Below are positions 11,658 through 23,488 of a DNA stretch of 64,000 nt, one piece after another; positions within the stretch are counted from its first letter, which is position 1, and each line of letters begins with the position of its first letter. Below the pieces are notes generated by a model. The model did not search any database, was not told where the DNA came from, and was given only the letters and a program-made list of their open reading frames with translations. Source of the DNA: Escherichia coli (lineage in GTDB: Bacteria > Pseudomonadota > Gammaproteobacteria > Enterobacterales > Enterobacteriaceae); NCBI RefSeq assembly GCF_036507355.1, contig NZ_AP027877.1. One strand, 5' to 3'. A program made the position numbers and the translations under genes.

Positions 11658-12653
11658 TTAACTCACTAATCTGTTTCTGTCGATTCGTTGTACCAGCATA
11701 GAAAGTAACAAACTCGCTGCCAACGTTGCGCAAAAGATCCAAATAATATCCAGTATTGGCCAATTTTTAAGCTCAATTCCCCGGGTGCGCAGCGCATGGA
11801 TAATCAAGGCGTGGAATCCGTATATACCCAACGAATGGCGGGAGATTAAGCCAAGTCCGCGAATGGTACGCGTATCCAGCGTGTTTTTAACCAGAGTCAA
11901 TAGCGCGATTGCGCAGATAAAAACCATCGGCCCACAGTAAAGATACCAGGTATCGGCAAAATTTCCGCGCCACTGCAATTCATATAATGTCCCGCGAGAG
12001 ATAATAAAAACTCCCGTCGCAAACAGTGCGGCGCTCACCCACGACAGTGCTTTATGCTGTGTGTCCATCATCCCTATAGCGCGGCCCAACATGCCATACA
12101 GAATGTAGTAAAAAGTATCGCCATTGATATATAAGTTAATTGGCAGCCATTCAAAACCGTCGATTTTCTGCGGCACGGTGTTTGGGTTAGCGATGATACC
12201 AATCACCACCATTAGCACCAGCAACATTTTTTCGCCGACGTTCTTCACCTGAATCAGCGGTGAAACCAGATAAATCACCGCAATCGCGAAGAAAAACCAT
12301 AAGTGGTAAAACACTGGCTTTTGCAGCAGGTTTTTCAGCGCTAACTCCACATTAATGGAGGTAAACAGTGCAATGTAGAGCAGCGCGATTGCGCTATAAA
12401 AAAACAGACATAAGCCGATACGCAAGAAATGGCGCGGCTGGGCGCTGCGTTCGCCAAAAAAGAGATAGCCGGAAATCATGAAAAATAGCGGCACGCTGAC
12501 ACGAGAGGCAGAGTTCAGAACATTGGCGATATCCCAGGTGACGGGGCTAACACTATGAGCATTGGTCACATACCAGGTAGTGGTGTGAATCATCACCACC
12601 ATTAAACACGCTATCCCTCGCAGGTTATCAATCCAGTAAATTTTGGGCTGCAT
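11658..12653 (-). CDS. wecH: Membrane O-acetyltransferase WecH (acyltransferase-3 family)
   Basis: 331-aa polytopic ORF; synteny (yiaH). Confidence 0.85.
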   Translation of the reverse strand: MQPKIYWIDNLRGIACLMVVMIHTTTWYVTNAHSVSPVTWDIANVLNSASRVSVPLFFMISGYLFFGERSAQPRHFLRIGLCLFFYSAIALLYIALFTSINVELALKNLLQKPVFYHLWFFFAIAVIYLVSPLIQVKNVGEKMLLVLMVVIGIIANPNTVPQKIDGFEWLPINLYINGDTFYYILYGMLGRAIGMMDTQHKALSWVSAALFATGVFIISRGTLYELQWRGNFADTWYLYCGPMVFICAIALLTLVKNTLDTRTIRGLGLISRHSLGIYGFHALIIHALRTRGIELKNWPILDIIWIFCATLAASLLLSMLVQRIDRNRLVS

Positions 12654-12827
12654 CTGTGTCTCTGTATCTGGTTAAAAAAAGTCTGACCGATAAATCATTC
12701 AGTTGGCGCACTGGAATAATCTGAGTTTTAACACTACGGCTTATAGAGGCTTAAGGAAATTCGTAAGATATCAGCCACTATACCGATATAAATAATAAGA
12801 CTCACCTGCAAACCAGACGGTAATTTA

Positions 12828-13127
12828 ATGATGATGAACTCTTTCTTTCCGGCAATGGCGCTTATGGTGCTAGTGGGTTGTTCTACACCGTCACCCGTGC
12901 AGAAAGCACAACGGGTAAAGGTTGATCCTCTGCGTTCGTTGAATATGGAAGCGTTATGCAAGGATCAGGCGGCAAAACGTTATAACACCGGCGAGCAAAA
13001 AATCGACGTCACCGCCTTCGAACAGTTCCAGGGAAGCTATGAAATGCGCGGTTATACCTTCCGTAAAGAGCAGTTTGTCTGTTCTTTTGACGCAGATGGC
13101 CATTTTTTGCATCTTTCCATGCGTTAA
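12828..13127 (+). CDS. ysaB: Small lipoprotein YsaB
   Basis: 99-aa ORF with lipoprotein signal (LVGCSTP); synteny upstream of glyQ. Confidence 0.75.
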   Translation: MMMNSFFPAMALMVLVGCSTPSPVQKAQRVKVDPLRSLNMEALCKDQAAKRYNTGEQKIDVTAFEQFQGSYEMRGYTFRKEQFVCSFDADGHFLHLSMR

Positions 13128-13221
13128 GCCCTGCTTTTTCCCGTTTCGTACTGTATATCTTCCATCCAGCGGGTATACTGATCCCTTCCTTTAAATCCAC
13201 ACGTATCCAGCACGAAATAAT

Positions 13222-14133
13222 ATGCAAAAGTTTGATACCAGGACCTTCCAGGGCTTGATCCTGACCTTACAGGATTACTGGGCTCGCCAGGGCTGCACCA
13301 TTGTTCAACCATTGGACATGGAAGTCGGCGCGGGAACCTCTCACCCAATGACCTGTCTGCGCGCGCTGGGGCCAGAACCGATGGCGGCTGCTTATGTTCA
13401 GCCTTCTCGTCGCCCGACCGATGGTCGCTACGGCGAAAACCCCAACCGTTTACAGCACTACTATCAGTTCCAGGTGGTCATTAAGCCATCGCCGGACAAT
13501 ATTCAGGAGCTGTACCTTGGTTCTCTGAAAGAGCTGGGCATGGACCCGACTATCCACGATATCCGTTTCGTGGAAGATAACTGGGAAAACCCGACGCTGG
13601 GTGCCTGGGGACTGGGCTGGGAAGTGTGGCTAAACGGCATGGAAGTGACGCAGTTCACTTACTTCCAGCAGGTTGGTGGTCTGGAGTGTAAACCGGTTAC
13701 CGGCGAGATCACCTACGGTCTGGAACGTCTGGCCATGTACATTCAGGGCGTAGACAGCGTTTACGACCTGGTCTGGAGCGACGGCCCGCTGGGTAAAACC
13801 ACCTACGGCGACGTGTTCCATCAGAACGAAGTGGAGCAGTCCACTTACAACTTCGAATACGCGGACGTGGACTTCCTGTTCACCTGCTTCGAGCAGTACG
13901 AGAAAGAAGCGCAGCAGTTGCTGGCGCTGGAAAATCCGCTGCCGCTGCCAGCTTACGAGCGTATTCTGAAAGCCGCCCACAGCTTCAACCTGCTGGATGC
14001 GCGTAAAGCCATCTCCGTCACCGAGCGTCAGCGCTACATTCTGCGCATTCGCACCCTGACCAAAGCAGTGGCAGAAGCATACTACGCTTCCCGTGAAGCC
14101 CTCGGCTTCCCGATGTGCAACAAAGATAAGTAA
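13222..14133 (+). CDS. glyQ: Glycyl-tRNA synthetase alpha subunit
   Basis: 303-aa ORF with highly conserved GlyQ sequence. Confidence 0.97.
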
Positions 14134-14142
14134 GAGGCGGCT

Positions 14143-16212
14143 ATGTCTGAGAAAACTTTTCTGGTGGAAATCGGCACTGAAGAGCTGCCACCAAAAGCAC
14201 TGCGCAGCCTGGCAGAGTCCTTTGCTGCGAACTTTACTGCGGAGCTGGATAACGCAGGCCTCGCACACGGCACCGTTCAATGGTTTGCTGCTCCGCGTCG
14301 TCTGGCGCTGAAAGTAGCTAACCTGGCGGAAGCGCAACCGGATCGTGAAATCGAAAAACGCGGCCCGGCGATTGCCCAGGCGTTCGACGCTGAAGGCAAA
14401 CCGAGCAAAGCGGCAGAAGGTTGGGCGCGTGGTTGCGGTATTACCGTTGACCAGGCTGAGCGTCTGACTACCGATAAAGGCGAATGGCTGCTGTATCGCG
14501 CCCATGTGAAGGGCGAAAGCACTGAAGCACTGCTGCCGAATATGATTGCGACTTCGCTGGCGAAACTGCCGATTCCGAAACTGATGCGCTGGGGTGCAAG
14601 CGACGTACACTTCGTGCGTCCGGTGCACACCGTGACCCTGCTGCTGGGCGACAAAGTCATTCCGGCAACCATTCTGGGCATTCAGTCCGATCGCGTGATT
14701 CGCGGCCACCGCTTTATGGGCGAGCCGGAATTCACCATCGATAACGCCGATCAGTATCCGGAAATTCTGCGTGAGCGCGGGAAAGTCATCGCCGATTACG
14801 AAGAACGTAAGGCGAAGATTAAAGCCGATGCCGAAGAAGCAGCGCGTAAGATTGGCGGTAACGCTGACTTAAGCGAAAGCCTGCTGGAAGAAGTGGCTTC
14901 GCTGGTGGAGTGGCCGGTCGTTCTAACCGCGAAATTTGAAGAGAAATTCCTCGCGGTGCCGTCTGAAGCACTGGTTTACACCATGAAAGGTGACCAGAAG
15001 TACTTCCCGGTGTATGCGAACGACGGCAAACTGCTGCCGAACTTTATCTTCGTTGCCAACATCGAATCGAAAGATCCGCAGCAAATTATCTCTGGTAACG
15101 AGAAAGTCGTTCGTCCACGTCTGGCTGATGCCGAGTTCTTCTTCAACACCGACCGTAAAAAACGTCTGGAAGATAACCTGCCGCGCCTGCAAACCGTGCT
15201 GTTCCAGCAACAGCTGGGTACGCTGCGTGACAAAACTGACCGCATCCAGGCGCTGGCTGGCTGGATTGCTGAACAGATTGGCGCTGACGTTAACCACGCA
15301 ACCCGTGCGGGCCTGCTGTCTAAGTGTGACCTGATGACCAACATGGTCTTCGAGTTCACCGACACCCAGGGCGTTATGGGGATGCACTACGCGCGTCACG
15401 ATGGCGAAGCGGAAGACGTAGCCGTCGCGCTGAATGAGCAGTATCAGCCGCGCTTTGCCGGTGATAACCTGCCGTCCAACCCGGTAGCTTGTGCGCTGGC
15501 GATTGCTGATAAGATGGATACTCTGGCGGGTATCTTTGGTATCGGTCAGCATCCGAAAGGCGACAAAGACCCGTTTGCGCTGCGTCGTGCCGCACTTGGC
15601 GTGCTGCGAATTATCGTTGAGAAGAACCTCAACCTTGATCTGCAAACGCTGACCGAAGAAGCGGTGCGTCTGTATGGCGATAAGCTGACTAATGCCAACG
15701 TCGTTGATGATGTTATCGACTTTATGCTCGGTCGCTTCCGCGCCTGGTATCAGGACGAAGGTTATACCGTTGACACCATCCAGGCGGTACTGGCGCGTCG
15801 TCCGACTCGTCCGGCTGATTTCGATGCCCGCATGAAAGCGGTATCGCACTTCCGTACCCTGGAAGCAGCTGCAGCACTGGCGGCGGCGAACAAACGTGTA
15901 TCTAACATCCTGGCGAAATCTGACGAAGTGCTGAGCGATCGCGTGAATGCCTCTACTCTGAAAGAGCCGGAAGAAATTAAACTGGCGATGCAGGTTGTGG
16001 TGCTACGTGACAAGCTGGAGCCGTACTTTGCGGCAGGTCGTTACCAGGATGCGCTGGTCGAACTGGCAGAGCTGCGTGAACCGGTCGATGCCTTCTTCGA
16101 TAAAGTGATGGTCATGGTTGATGACAAAGAATTGCGTATCAACCGTCTGACCATGCTGGAGAAACTGCGCGAACTGTTCCTGCGCGTTGCGGATATTTCG
16201 CTGTTGCAGTAA
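14143..16212 (+). CDS. glyS: Glycyl-tRNA synthetase beta subunit
   Basis: 689-aa ORF 9 nt downstream of glyQ. Confidence 0.97.
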   Translation: MSEKTFLVEIGTEELPPKALRSLAESFAANFTAELDNAGLAHGTVQWFAAPRRLALKVANLAEAQPDREIEKRGPAIAQAFDAEGKPSKAAEGWARGCGITVDQAERLTTDKGEWLLYRAHVKGESTEALLPNMIATSLAKLPIPKLMRWGASDVHFVRPVHTVTLLLGDKVIPATILGIQSDRVIRGHRFMGEPEFTIDNADQYPEILRERGKVIADYEERKAKIKADAEEAARKIGGNADLSESLLEEVASLVEWPVVLTAKFEEKFLAVPSEALVYTMKGDQKYFPVYANDGKLLPNFIFVANIESKDPQQIISGNEKVVRPRLADAEFFFNTDRKKRLEDNLPRLQTVLFQQQLGTLRDKTDRIQALAGWIAEQIGADVNHATRAGLLSKCDLMTNMVFEFTDTQGVMGMHYARHDGEAEDVAVALNEQYQPRFAGDNLPSNPVACALAIADKMDTLAGIFGIGQHPKGDKDPFALRRAALGVLRIIVEKNLNLDLQTLTEEAVRLYGDKLTNANVVDDVIDFMLGRFRAWYQDEGYTVDTIQAVLARRPTRPADFDARMKAVSHFRTLEAAAALAAANKRVSNILAKSDEVLSDRVNASTLKEPEEIKLAMQVVVLRDKLEPYFAAGRYQDALVELAELREPVDAFFDKVMVMVDDKELRINRLTMLEKLRELFLRVADISLLQ

Positions 16213-16225
16213 TAACGCCGTTATT

Positions 16226-16257
16226 AAAAAGCCTGCCATCTGGCAGGCTTTTTTTAT
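16226..16257 (+). terminator. Intrinsic terminator of glyQS
   Basis: gcctgcca-tc-tggcaggc hairpin followed by TTTTTTT. Confidence 0.75.
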
Positions 16258-16538
16258 CGCTAAATAATACAGCAACCTTTAATAATCTTCTGCTGAATAA
16301 AGATTATCTCATATATTAATTTTATGAGATTTTTTTAGGATTATATCAAGGAGAAGAAACAAACTTATTAAGCTAGAATAGCCACGGGTGCTTGAGACTG
16401 TTTGTCTCAGGTATTCACCGAAAGGCAGACAGAGAAAAGCCCCACCTGACTATAAATCAAAGTGTGTACTGCCCCTCTATGCATAGACACCATAAGGTTA
16501 GCCTCTTACTCGTTGGAAATCAACACAGGGGGCTGGGA

Positions 16539-16691
16539 ATGCCGCAGAAATATAGATTGCTTTCTTTAATAGTGATTTGTTTCACGCTTTTATTTTTCAC
16601 CTGGATGATAAGAGATTCACTGTGTGAATTGCATATTAAACAGGGGAGTTATGAGCTGGCGGCATTTTTAGCCTGCAATTTGAAAGAGTAA
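16539..16691 (+). CDS. hokA: Hok-family type I toxin (HokA), 50 aa
   Basis: MPQKYRLLSLIVICFTLLFFTWMIRDSLCELHIKQGSYELAAFLACNLKE lies in-frame within ORF 16392..16691; position between glyS and cspA. Confidence 0.85.
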   Translation: MPQKYRLLSLIVICFTLLFFTWMIRDSLCELHIKQGSYELAAFLACNLKE

Positions 16692-16821
16692 GAGTCTTCG
16701 GCGGGAAGTTATTCCCGCCTTTCTTACGGCGTTGCGCATTCTCATTGCACCCAAATTTATTTTTCACAAAAATAATACTAGATTTTATTACGCGATCGAT
16801 TATTTATTTCCTGAAAAACAA

Positions 16822-16853
16822 ATAAAAAAATCCCCGCCAAATGGCAGGGATCT
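16822..16853 (-). terminator. Probable cspA intrinsic terminator
   Basis: Hairpin ccctgcc-auuu-ggcgggg (one G-U pair) followed by a U-run on the reverse strand. Confidence 0.5.
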
Positions 16854-16878
16854 TAGATTCTGTGCTTTTAAGCAGAGA

Positions 16879-17091
16879 TTACAGGCTGGTTACGTTACCA
16901 GCTGCCGGGCCTTTAGCGCCGCTTTCGATGGTGAAGGACACTTTCTGACCTTCGTCCAGAGATTTGTAACCATCGTTCTGGATAGCAGAGAAGTGTACGA
17001 ACACGTCTTTAGAGCCATCGTCAGGAGTGATGAAGCCGAAGCCTTTGTCAGCGTTGAACCATTTTACGATACCAGTCATTTTACCAGACAT
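16879..17091 (-). CDS. cspA: Major cold-shock protein CspA
   Basis: 70-aa [41 protein letters not shown]... Confidence 0.98.
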
Positions 17092-17290
17092 AGTGTATTA
17101 CCTTTAATAATTAAGTGTGCCTTTCGGCGATATGGCGTGCTTTACAGATTTTGAAGCGTTAAAGGAATGTGCACTACGAGGGGTATCAACGATAACTCTT
17201 GAAGGGACTTGCCTTACTACACTGCTTTAATGGTCTGTACGTCAAACCGTTGATGTGCATTAAGCCACGCATTGGCGGGTGATGCAACAA
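17092..17290 (-). promoter_or_regulatory. cspA promoter (-35 TTGCAT ~17282-17287, -10 CTTAAT ~17259-17264) and ~160-nt 5' UTR
   Basis: Reverse-strand sequence matches the known cspA leader (ACGGTTTGACGTACAGACCATTAAAGCAGTG...); 17-bp spacer between hexamers. Confidence 0.8.
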
Positions 17291-17371
17291 TTATTTTTCA
17301 TATTTATGATTAATCGGTTGGAAAACGGTCCTGTCATCAGGACCGTAAACAGCAATAAAGTGGATAAAAGT

Positions 17372-17662
17372 CTATTCCATCAACTGCTTACTTAATGCCG
17401 GGTTGGCTTGAATCAAACGCATCAATTTTAGTTCGGCACTTGAAGGCTTCACGCGTCTGGATTCCCATTCTTTTACCATGGCGACTGATACGCCCAAAAC
17501 CCGGGCGAAATCATCGATTTTTAATCCTGTCCCTTTTCGTAACTGCTCAATTTCGGTACAGGACGTTGTTCTGTGCGTCAGGGTAATTTTCTGCGTTTCA
17601 TCTTTAAAAACAATCTGTTCCAGGCTGCTCAACAGCTCATGCATTGGATCTTTATATTCCAT
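17372..17662 (-). CDS. yiaG: HTH-type (XRE-like) small regulator YiaG
   Basis: 96-aa ORF; synteny. Confidence 0.8.
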   Translation of the reverse strand: MEYKDPMHELLSSLEQIVFKDETQKITLTHRTTSCTEIEQLRKGTGLKIDDFARVLGVSVAMVKEWESRRVKPSSAELKLMRLIQANPALSKQLME

Positions 17663-18095
17663 TGAAAACTCCTCAAATCACACTGCGGGATCGTGAATTG
17701 CATCGAAGCTCATTAAGAATAGTCGGGAAAAGCAGACACAGCGGGGTGAAGTCAGGGCATGCTCTGGCTATGATTCGATTCAGCCAGTCATTTAGCGTGA
17801 CTTATAGCCACCTAACGATCTGATAAATGCCGATATATCTCTTACCACTCCTGGTTTGTAAAGATTTCGAAAATCTAACCTTCTGCGAAGGCGTAAATCT
17901 CTGGCTACAAAAAAGGCAACGGCAATATCATTTTTTAACAATGAAACAACAAATTAACCTTGTTTCATTTTCTCCATGATTTTACCAGGAAGATTACGTA
18001 GAAAGGGTATCCTGCAAGCCTGTCCTGGACTATCCTTGTCACGTCAGACACGCGTGTGTCGTTGTGCGCTTTTTTTGGGTGAAAGGAGTAAGAAA

Positions 18096-18806
18096 ATGGC
18101 GACAGGAAAGTCCTGCTCTCGCTGGTTTGCGCCTCTTGCGGCGTTATTAATGGTAGTTAGCCTGAGTGGGTGTTTTGATAAAGAAGGCGATCAGCGTAAA
18201 GCGTTTATCGACTTCCTGCAGAATACAGTGATGCGTAGCGGTGAACGTCTACCAACCCTGACTGCCGATCAGAAAAAACAGTTTGGTCCTTTTGTCTCTG
18301 ATTACGCGATTCTGTATGGTTATTCTCAGCAGGTGAATCAGGCGATGGATTCCGGTCTGCGCCCGGTTGTAGACAGCGTTAACGCAATTCGCGTACCGCA
18401 GGATTACGTTACGCAAAGCGGTCCGCTGCGTGAAATGAATGGTTCGCTGGGTGTGCTGGCGCAACAACTGCAAAATGCGAAGTTGCAGGCCGATGCTGCG
18501 CACTCTGCGCTAAAACAGAGTGATGACCTGAAACCGGTCTTTGATCAGGCATTCACCAAAGTGGTAACGACGCCAGCTGATGCATTGCAACCGTTGATTC
18601 CGGCGGCACAAACTTTCACGCAACAACTAGTGATGGTTGGAGACTACATTGCCCAACAAGGTACTCAGGTGAGCTTTGTAGCAAATGGCATCCAGTTCCC
18701 GACTTCACAGCAGGCAAGTGAATATAACAAACTGATTGCGCCATTACCGGCACAGCATCAGGCGTTTAATCAGGCCTGGACTACAGCAGTTACTGCAACC
18801 CAATAA
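18096..18806 (+). CDS. yiaF: Lipoprotein YiaF (DUF3053)
   Basis: Start at ATG after AAAGGAG; lipobox LSGC; 236 aa; ORF-track frame extends upstream to 17976. Confidence 0.8.
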   Translation: MATGKSCSRWFAPLAALLMVVSLSGCFDKEGDQRKAFIDFLQNTVMRSGERLPTLTADQKKQFGPFVSDYAILYGYSQQVNQAMDSGLRPVVDSVNAIRVPQDYVTQSGPLREMNGSLGVLAQQLQNAKLQADAAHSALKQSDDLKPVFDQAFTKVVTTPADALQPLIPAAQTFTQQLVMVGDYIAQQGTQVSFVANGIQFPTSQQASEYNKLIAPLPAQHQAFNQAWTTAVTATQ

Positions 18807-18855
18807 AGAGTAAAAGCCCGAGCGATTATCGGGCTTTACTCCACGCAGTCGCGGC

Positions 18856-19830
18856 TTAGTCCGCGACGTGCGGATTCACACAGTTCTTCTCAACCTTTCC
18901 TTGTAACGCATCAATCAAATTATCCACGGCACAGGCGGCCATGCCATAACGCGTCTCATGGGTGGCAGATCCAATATGCGGTACTGCGACGACGTTGGCC
19001 ATTGAGAGCAACGGCGAATCTACGGACAGTGGCTCTTGTTCGAAGACATCCAGCCCGGCGGCGTGAATTTCCCCTTTCTGCAATGCTGCGATCAGTGCAT
19101 TTTCGTCAACCACCGGGCCACGTCCGGCATTAATGAAAATGGCGGAGGATTTCATTTTGGCGAATTGTTCTGCGCCAAACAGATGATGCGTCTCATCAGT
19201 TAACGGCAGGATCAGGCAAACGAAATCTGACTCTTGTAACAGAGTATCCAAATCGCAGTAGCGGGCGTTGAAGCGTTCTTCTGCTTCTTTATGGTGGCGG
19301 CGCGCGTTATAGAGGATGGGCATGTTGAAGCCAAAGTGCGCACGTTGTGCCAGCGCCATGCCGATCCGTCCCATCCCGACAATGCCCAGTGTTTTATGGT
19401 GAACGTCAGTGCCGTACCAGTCCGGGCCTATGCTCGCGGTCCATTCGCCTGCTTTTACCCGTTCTGCTACCTCCACAACCCGACGAGCGGTAGACAACAC
19501 CAGCGCCATCAGCGTATCGGCGACGGTTTCTGTTAATACGGTTGGCGTGTGCATGAGCAGAATTTTTCGGGCGGTAAGCGCATCGACATCAAAATTGTCA
19601 TAGCCGACGGAGATCGTTGATGTGGCACGCAGTTTCGGCATTTTTTCCAGCAATGCGGCATCAACATTCTCGTTTGAACCCAGTAAACCTTCAGCTTCTG
19701 CAAAAATTGCTGCATTTTGTTCGACGGTTTGTGGGCTGAGGTTTGCCACCTGGTGAACGGTGAAATGCTCTTGCAGGCGTTGCAGTAAATCATCAGGTAA
19801 GGCTTTGTAGAGGATAACGGACGGCTTCAT
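18856..19830 (-). CDS. ghrB: Glyoxylate/hydroxypyruvate reductase B (2-ketoaldonate reductase)
   Basis: D-isomer 2-hydroxyacid dehydrogenase ORF; start at [11 protein letters not shown] (324 aa), 4 codons inside the ORF-track start. Confidence 0.9.
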   Translation of the reverse strand: MKPSVILYKALPDDLLQRLQEHFTVHQVANLSPQTVEQNAAIFAEAEGLLGSNENVDAALLEKMPKLRATSTISVGYDNFDVDALTARKILLMHTPTVLTETVADTLMALVLSTARRVVEVAERVKAGEWTASIGPDWYGTDVHHKTLGIVGMGRIGMALAQRAHFGFNMPILYNARRHHKEAEERFNARYCDLDTLLQESDFVCLILPLTDETHHLFGAEQFAKMKSSAIFINAGRGPVVDENALIAALQKGEIHAAGLDVFEQEPLSVDSPLLSMANVVAVPHIGSATHETRYGMAACAVDNLIDALQGKVEKNCVNPHVAD

Positions 19831-19933
19831 GCTTCTCTCCATTCACTGATAAGGCGATCACCTTAGCCTGAAATATGATGAAGGAAAACTGAAGAATGCC
19901 AGGTGATTTCTGCATCACCTGGCATGAAAGGGA

Positions 19934-20593
19934 TTACAGCGGGCTTAAGGTAATTTCTACACGGCGGTTTTGCGCCTTACCTTCTGCGGTGCTGTTGCTG
20001 GCGATTGGGTTAGCCGGGCCAAGGCCCTGAGTACGGATGCGGCTGGCGTCCACGCCCTGGGTGATCAACGCGCTGGCAACGGAATCCGCACGTTGCTGGG
20101 AGAGACGCATGTTCAGGTCGTGACCACCCGTGCTGTCAGTATAACCAATCACGTTAACCGCCGTTTTCGGATACTCTTTCAGCACCATTGCCACGCCGGT
20201 CAGGGTGTTAGCGCCCGCCGGTTTCAGGGTCGCGCTGCTGCTGTCGAAGGTCACATTGTTCGGCATATTGAGGATAATGTTATCCCCGCTGCGGGTTACG
20301 CTAACACCAGTGCCGCGCATTTTGTCACGCAGCTTCGCTTCCTGCACATCCATGTAATAACCCACGCCGCCGCCCAGAGCTGCGCCTGCTGCTGCGCCAA
20401 TCAGCGCGCCTTTACCGCGATCTTTCTTCGAAGAAGAGAGCGCACCAATACCCGCGCCCACGAGAGAGCCCAGACCTGCGCCGATAGCAGATTTACCTGC
20501 TTCGCGTTCGCCGGTGTAAGGGTTAGTTGTGCAGCCAGATACCGCCAGAGCGCCACTCACTACGGCGGCAATAAGATAAACACGTTTCTTCAT
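19934..20593 (-). CDS. yiaD: OmpA-family peptidoglycan-binding lipoprotein YiaD
   Basis: 219-aa ORF with lipobox (LAVSGC), Gly-rich linker, OmpA-like C-domain. Confidence 0.85.
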   Translation of the reverse strand: MKKRVYLIAAVVSGALAVSGCTTNPYTGEREAGKSAIGAGLGSLVGAGIGALSSSKKDRGKGALIGAAAGAALGGGVGYYMDVQEAKLRDKMRGTGVSVTRSGDNIILNMPNNVTFDSSSATLKPAGANTLTGVAMVLKEYPKTAVNVIGYTDSTGGHDLNMRLSQQRADSVASALITQGVDASRIRTQGLGPANPIASNSTAEGKAQNRRVEITLSPL

Positions 20594-20745
20594 TGTTAAT
20601 CCTTAATAACCTTTTTATTCTTTGCCACGGGTTCCGTGGCGGGAGATTATGCCGCGTGAACATGAAGATTATTCCTGGGAATACTCGGAAATTTGTAAGT
20701 AATATTTAACTGCTCAATACATCTAACCTTTCAGGAGTCTTCGGT

Positions 20746-23079
20746 TTGGCCAACTCATCCTCACGATATTCCGTTCTGACTGCCGCCCATTGGGGGCCCA
20801 TGCTGGTTGAAACCGACGGCGAAACCGTGTTTAGCTCGCGTGGCGCGTTAGCCACAGGAATGGAAAACTCCTTGCAGAGCGCGGTTCGCGACCAGGTTCA
20901 CAGCAATACGCGGGTACGATTTCCAATGGTGCGCAAAGGCTTTCTCGCGTCACCGGAAAACCCGCAAGGCATTCGTGGGCAGGATGAATTTGTTCGCGTG
21001 AGTTGGGATGAGGCGCTGGATCTTATTCACCAACAACATAAACGCATTCGTGAGGCTTATGGTCCGGCATCGATTTTTGCTGGTTCCTACGGCTGGCGTT
21101 CAAACGGCGTGCTGCATAAGGCCTCGACATTATTACAACGCTATATGGCGCTGGCAGGCGGTTATACCGGGCATCTGGGGGATTATTCGACCGGCGCGGC
21201 ACAGGCGATCATGCCGTATGTCGTGGGTGGTAGTGAAGTTTATCAACAGCAGACCAGTTGGCCGCTGGTGCTGGAACATAGCGATGTCGTGGTGCTGTGG
21301 AGTGCTAACCCACTCAATACGCTGAAAATTGCGTGGAATGCATCCGATGAGCAGGGGCTTTCTTACTTTTCTGCACTGCGTGACAGCGGGAAAAAGCTGA
21401 TCTGCATTGATCCAATGCGATCGGAAACCGTCGATTTCTTTGGCGATAAAATGGAGTGGGTGGCACCGCACATGGGCACCGATGTTGCGCTGATGCTGGG
21501 GATCGCCCATACGTTGGTGGAAAATGGTTGGCACGACGAAGCGTTTCTGGCGCGTTGCACCACCGGTTATGCCGTCTTCGCCTCTTATTTGCTGGGCGAG
21601 AGTGACGGAATAGCCAAAACCGCCGAATGGGCGGCAGGGATTTGTGGGGTTAACGCAGCGAAAATCCGCGAGCTGGCGGCTATTTTCCACCAAAATACCA
21701 CCATGCTGATGGCAGGCTGGGGAATGCAGCGCCAACAGTTTGGTGAGCAAAAACACTGGATGATCGTCACGCTGGCAGCAATGTTGGGGCAAATCGGCAC
21801 ACCCGGCGGCGGTTTTGGTCTTTCTTACCATTTTGCCAATGGTGGTAACCCCACGCGGCGCGCTGCGGTACTCTCTTCCATGCAGGGCAGCTTGCCGGGT
21901 GGCTGCGATGCGGTAGATAAAATCCCTGTCGCCCGCATTGTTGAAGCACTGGAAAACCCCGGTGGCGCATATCAACACAACGGTATGGACCGACATTTCC
22001 CGGATATTCGTTTTATCTGGTGGGCGGGCGGTGCCAACTTTACTCATCATCAGGATACCAATCGCCTGATCCGTGCCTGGCAAAAACCGGAGCTGGTGGT
22101 GATCTCTGAATGCTTCTGGACGGCGGCGGCGAAACACGCGGATATCGTTCTGCCTGCGACTACCTCTTTTGAGCGTAATGATCTCACCATGACCGGTGAT
22201 TACAGTAATCAGCATCTGGTGCCGATGAAGCAAGTGGTGCCGCCACGCTATGAAGCGCGTAATGATTTTGATGTTTTTGCCGAGTTAAGTGAACGCTGGG
22301 AGAAGGGCGGTTATGCACGTTTTACGGAAGGAAAAAGTGAGCTGCAATGGCTGGAAACGTTTTATAACGTTGCCCGACAGCGCGGGGCAAGCCAGCAGGT
22401 TGAATTGCCGCCATTTGCTGAGTTCTGGCAAGCCAATCAGTTAATTGAGATGCCGGAAAACCCGGACAGCGAGCGGTTTATTCGCTTCGCTGATTTTTGC
22501 CGCGATCCGCAGGCGCATCCATTAAAAACCGCCAGCGGTAAGATTGAAATCTTCTCGCAGCGTATTGCCGATTACGCTTATCCGGATTGCCCGGGGCATC
22601 CAATGTGGCTGGTGCCGGACGAATGGCAGGGCAATGCCGAACCGGAACAGTTACAGGTACTTTCTGCTCATCCGGCGCATCGTCTGCACAGCCAGCTGAA
22701 TTACAGTTCTCTGCGCGAATTGTACGCGGTGGCAAACCGTGAGCCTGTCACCATTCATCCTGACGATGCCCAGGCGCGCGGCATACAAGATGGCGATACT
22801 GTTCGGCTGTGGAACTCACGCGGGCAAATTCTTGCCGGAGCGGTCATTAGCGAGGGAATTAAACCTGGCGTGATTTGCATTCACGAAGGGGCATGGCCGG
22901 ATCTGGATTTAACCGCTGACGGTATTTGTAAAAACGGCGCAGTGAACGTGCTGACCAAAGATCTCCCCAGCTCGCGGCTGGGGAATGGCTGTGCGGGTAA
23001 TACGGCGCTGGCATGGCTAGAAAAATACAACGGTCCGGAACTGACACTTACAGCGTTTGAACCACCGGCCAGCTCATAA
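20746..23079 (+). CDS. bisC: Biotin sulfoxide reductase (molybdopterin oxidoreductase)
   Basis: 777-aa ORF; synteny. Confidence 0.9.
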   Translation: MANSSSRYSVLTAAHWGPMLVETDGETVFSSRGALATGMENSLQSAVRDQVHSNTRVRFPMVRKGFLASPENPQGIRGQDEFVRVSWDEALDLIHQQHKRIREAYGPASIFAGSYGWRSNGVLHKASTLLQRYMALAGGYTGHLGDYSTGAAQAIMPYVVGGSEVYQQQTSWPLVLEHSDVVVLWSANPLNTLKIAWNASDEQGLSYFSALRDSGKKLICIDPMRSETVDFFGDKMEWVAPHMGTDVALMLGIAHTLVENGWHDEAFLARCTTGYAVFASYLLGESDGIAKTAEWAAGICGVNAAKIRELAAIFHQNTTMLMAGWGMQRQQFGEQKHWMIVTLAAMLGQIGTPGGGFGLSYHFANGGNPTRRAAVLSSMQGSLPGGCDAVDKIPVARIVEALENPGGAYQHNGMDRHFPDIRFIWWAGGANFTHHQDTNRLIRAWQKPELVVISECFWTAAAKHADIVLPATTSFERNDLTMTGDYSNQHLVPMKQVVPPRYEARNDFDVFAELSERWEKGGYARFTEGKSELQWLETFYNVARQRGASQQVELPPFAEFWQANQLIEMPENPDSERFIRFADFCRDPQAHPLKTASGKIEIFSQRIADYAYPDCPGHPMWLVPDEWQGNAEPEQLQVLSAHPAHRLHSQLNYSSLRELYAVANREPVTIHPDDAQARGIQDGDTVRLWNSRGQILAGAVISEGIKPGVICIHEGAWPDLDLTADGICKNGAVNVLTKDLPSSRLGNGCAGNTALAWLEKYNGPELTLTAFEPPASS

Positions 23080-23488
23080 TCCAGGTGGGTAGTTGGGTTT
23101 CATCCTGCCATGCGCAATCGACAATGTGAAAACCCTGCGCCTGGTAAAAATCTATCGCCGGTTGATTTTTTTGATAAACCTCCAGCATCAGATGGGGATG
23201 GCGCTGTTGCACATACTGCATCAGCGCCTTACCAATACCGCGCCTGACGGCCTTCGGTGCGACAAACATCGCTGCCAGAAATCGGCCTTCCATAATGCTG
23301 ACAAAACCGAGAAGCTTACTGTCTTCTTCCCAGACCCAGTTTTGTGCGTTGGCAAGATAGGCATCCCGCACCAGCGGAATGCACTCGCGCCAGTAATTCG
23401 CTTTTATAAAGGGATGGCCCCAGGTTGTACTTTCCAGCCACAGTTCGAGGATCGCGGGGAGTTCTGAACGTTGCGCTTCCCTAATCAT
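23048..23488 (-). CDS. yiaC: GNAT-family N-acetyltransferase YiaC
   Basis: 146-aa ORF; 3' end overlaps bisC 3' end; start overlaps tag stop. Confidence 0.8.
   Translation of the reverse strand: MIREAQRSELPAILELWLESTTWGHPFIKANYWRECIPLVRDAYLANAQNWVWEEDSKLLGFVSIMEGRFLAAMFVAPKAVRRGIGKALMQYVQQRHPHLMLEVYQKNQPAIDFYQAQGFHIVDCAWQDETQLPTWIMSWPVVQTL

Noticed and set aside
13630..14709. 359-aa reverse-strand ORF overlapping glyQ/glyS, and similar long antisense ORFs (14923..15849, 21133..22233, 47118..47765, 8366..8842, 44949..45362, 36017..36385)
   Set aside because: All lie entirely inside well-supported sense-strand genes (glyQS, bisC, pdeK, xylA, bcsC, dppA). They are typical shadow ORFs of GC-rich coding DNA with low-complexity, Arg/Cys-rich translations.
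16732..17154. 140-aa forward ORF antisense to cspA
   Set aside because: It overlaps the highly conserved cspA CDS and leader; there is no independent support.
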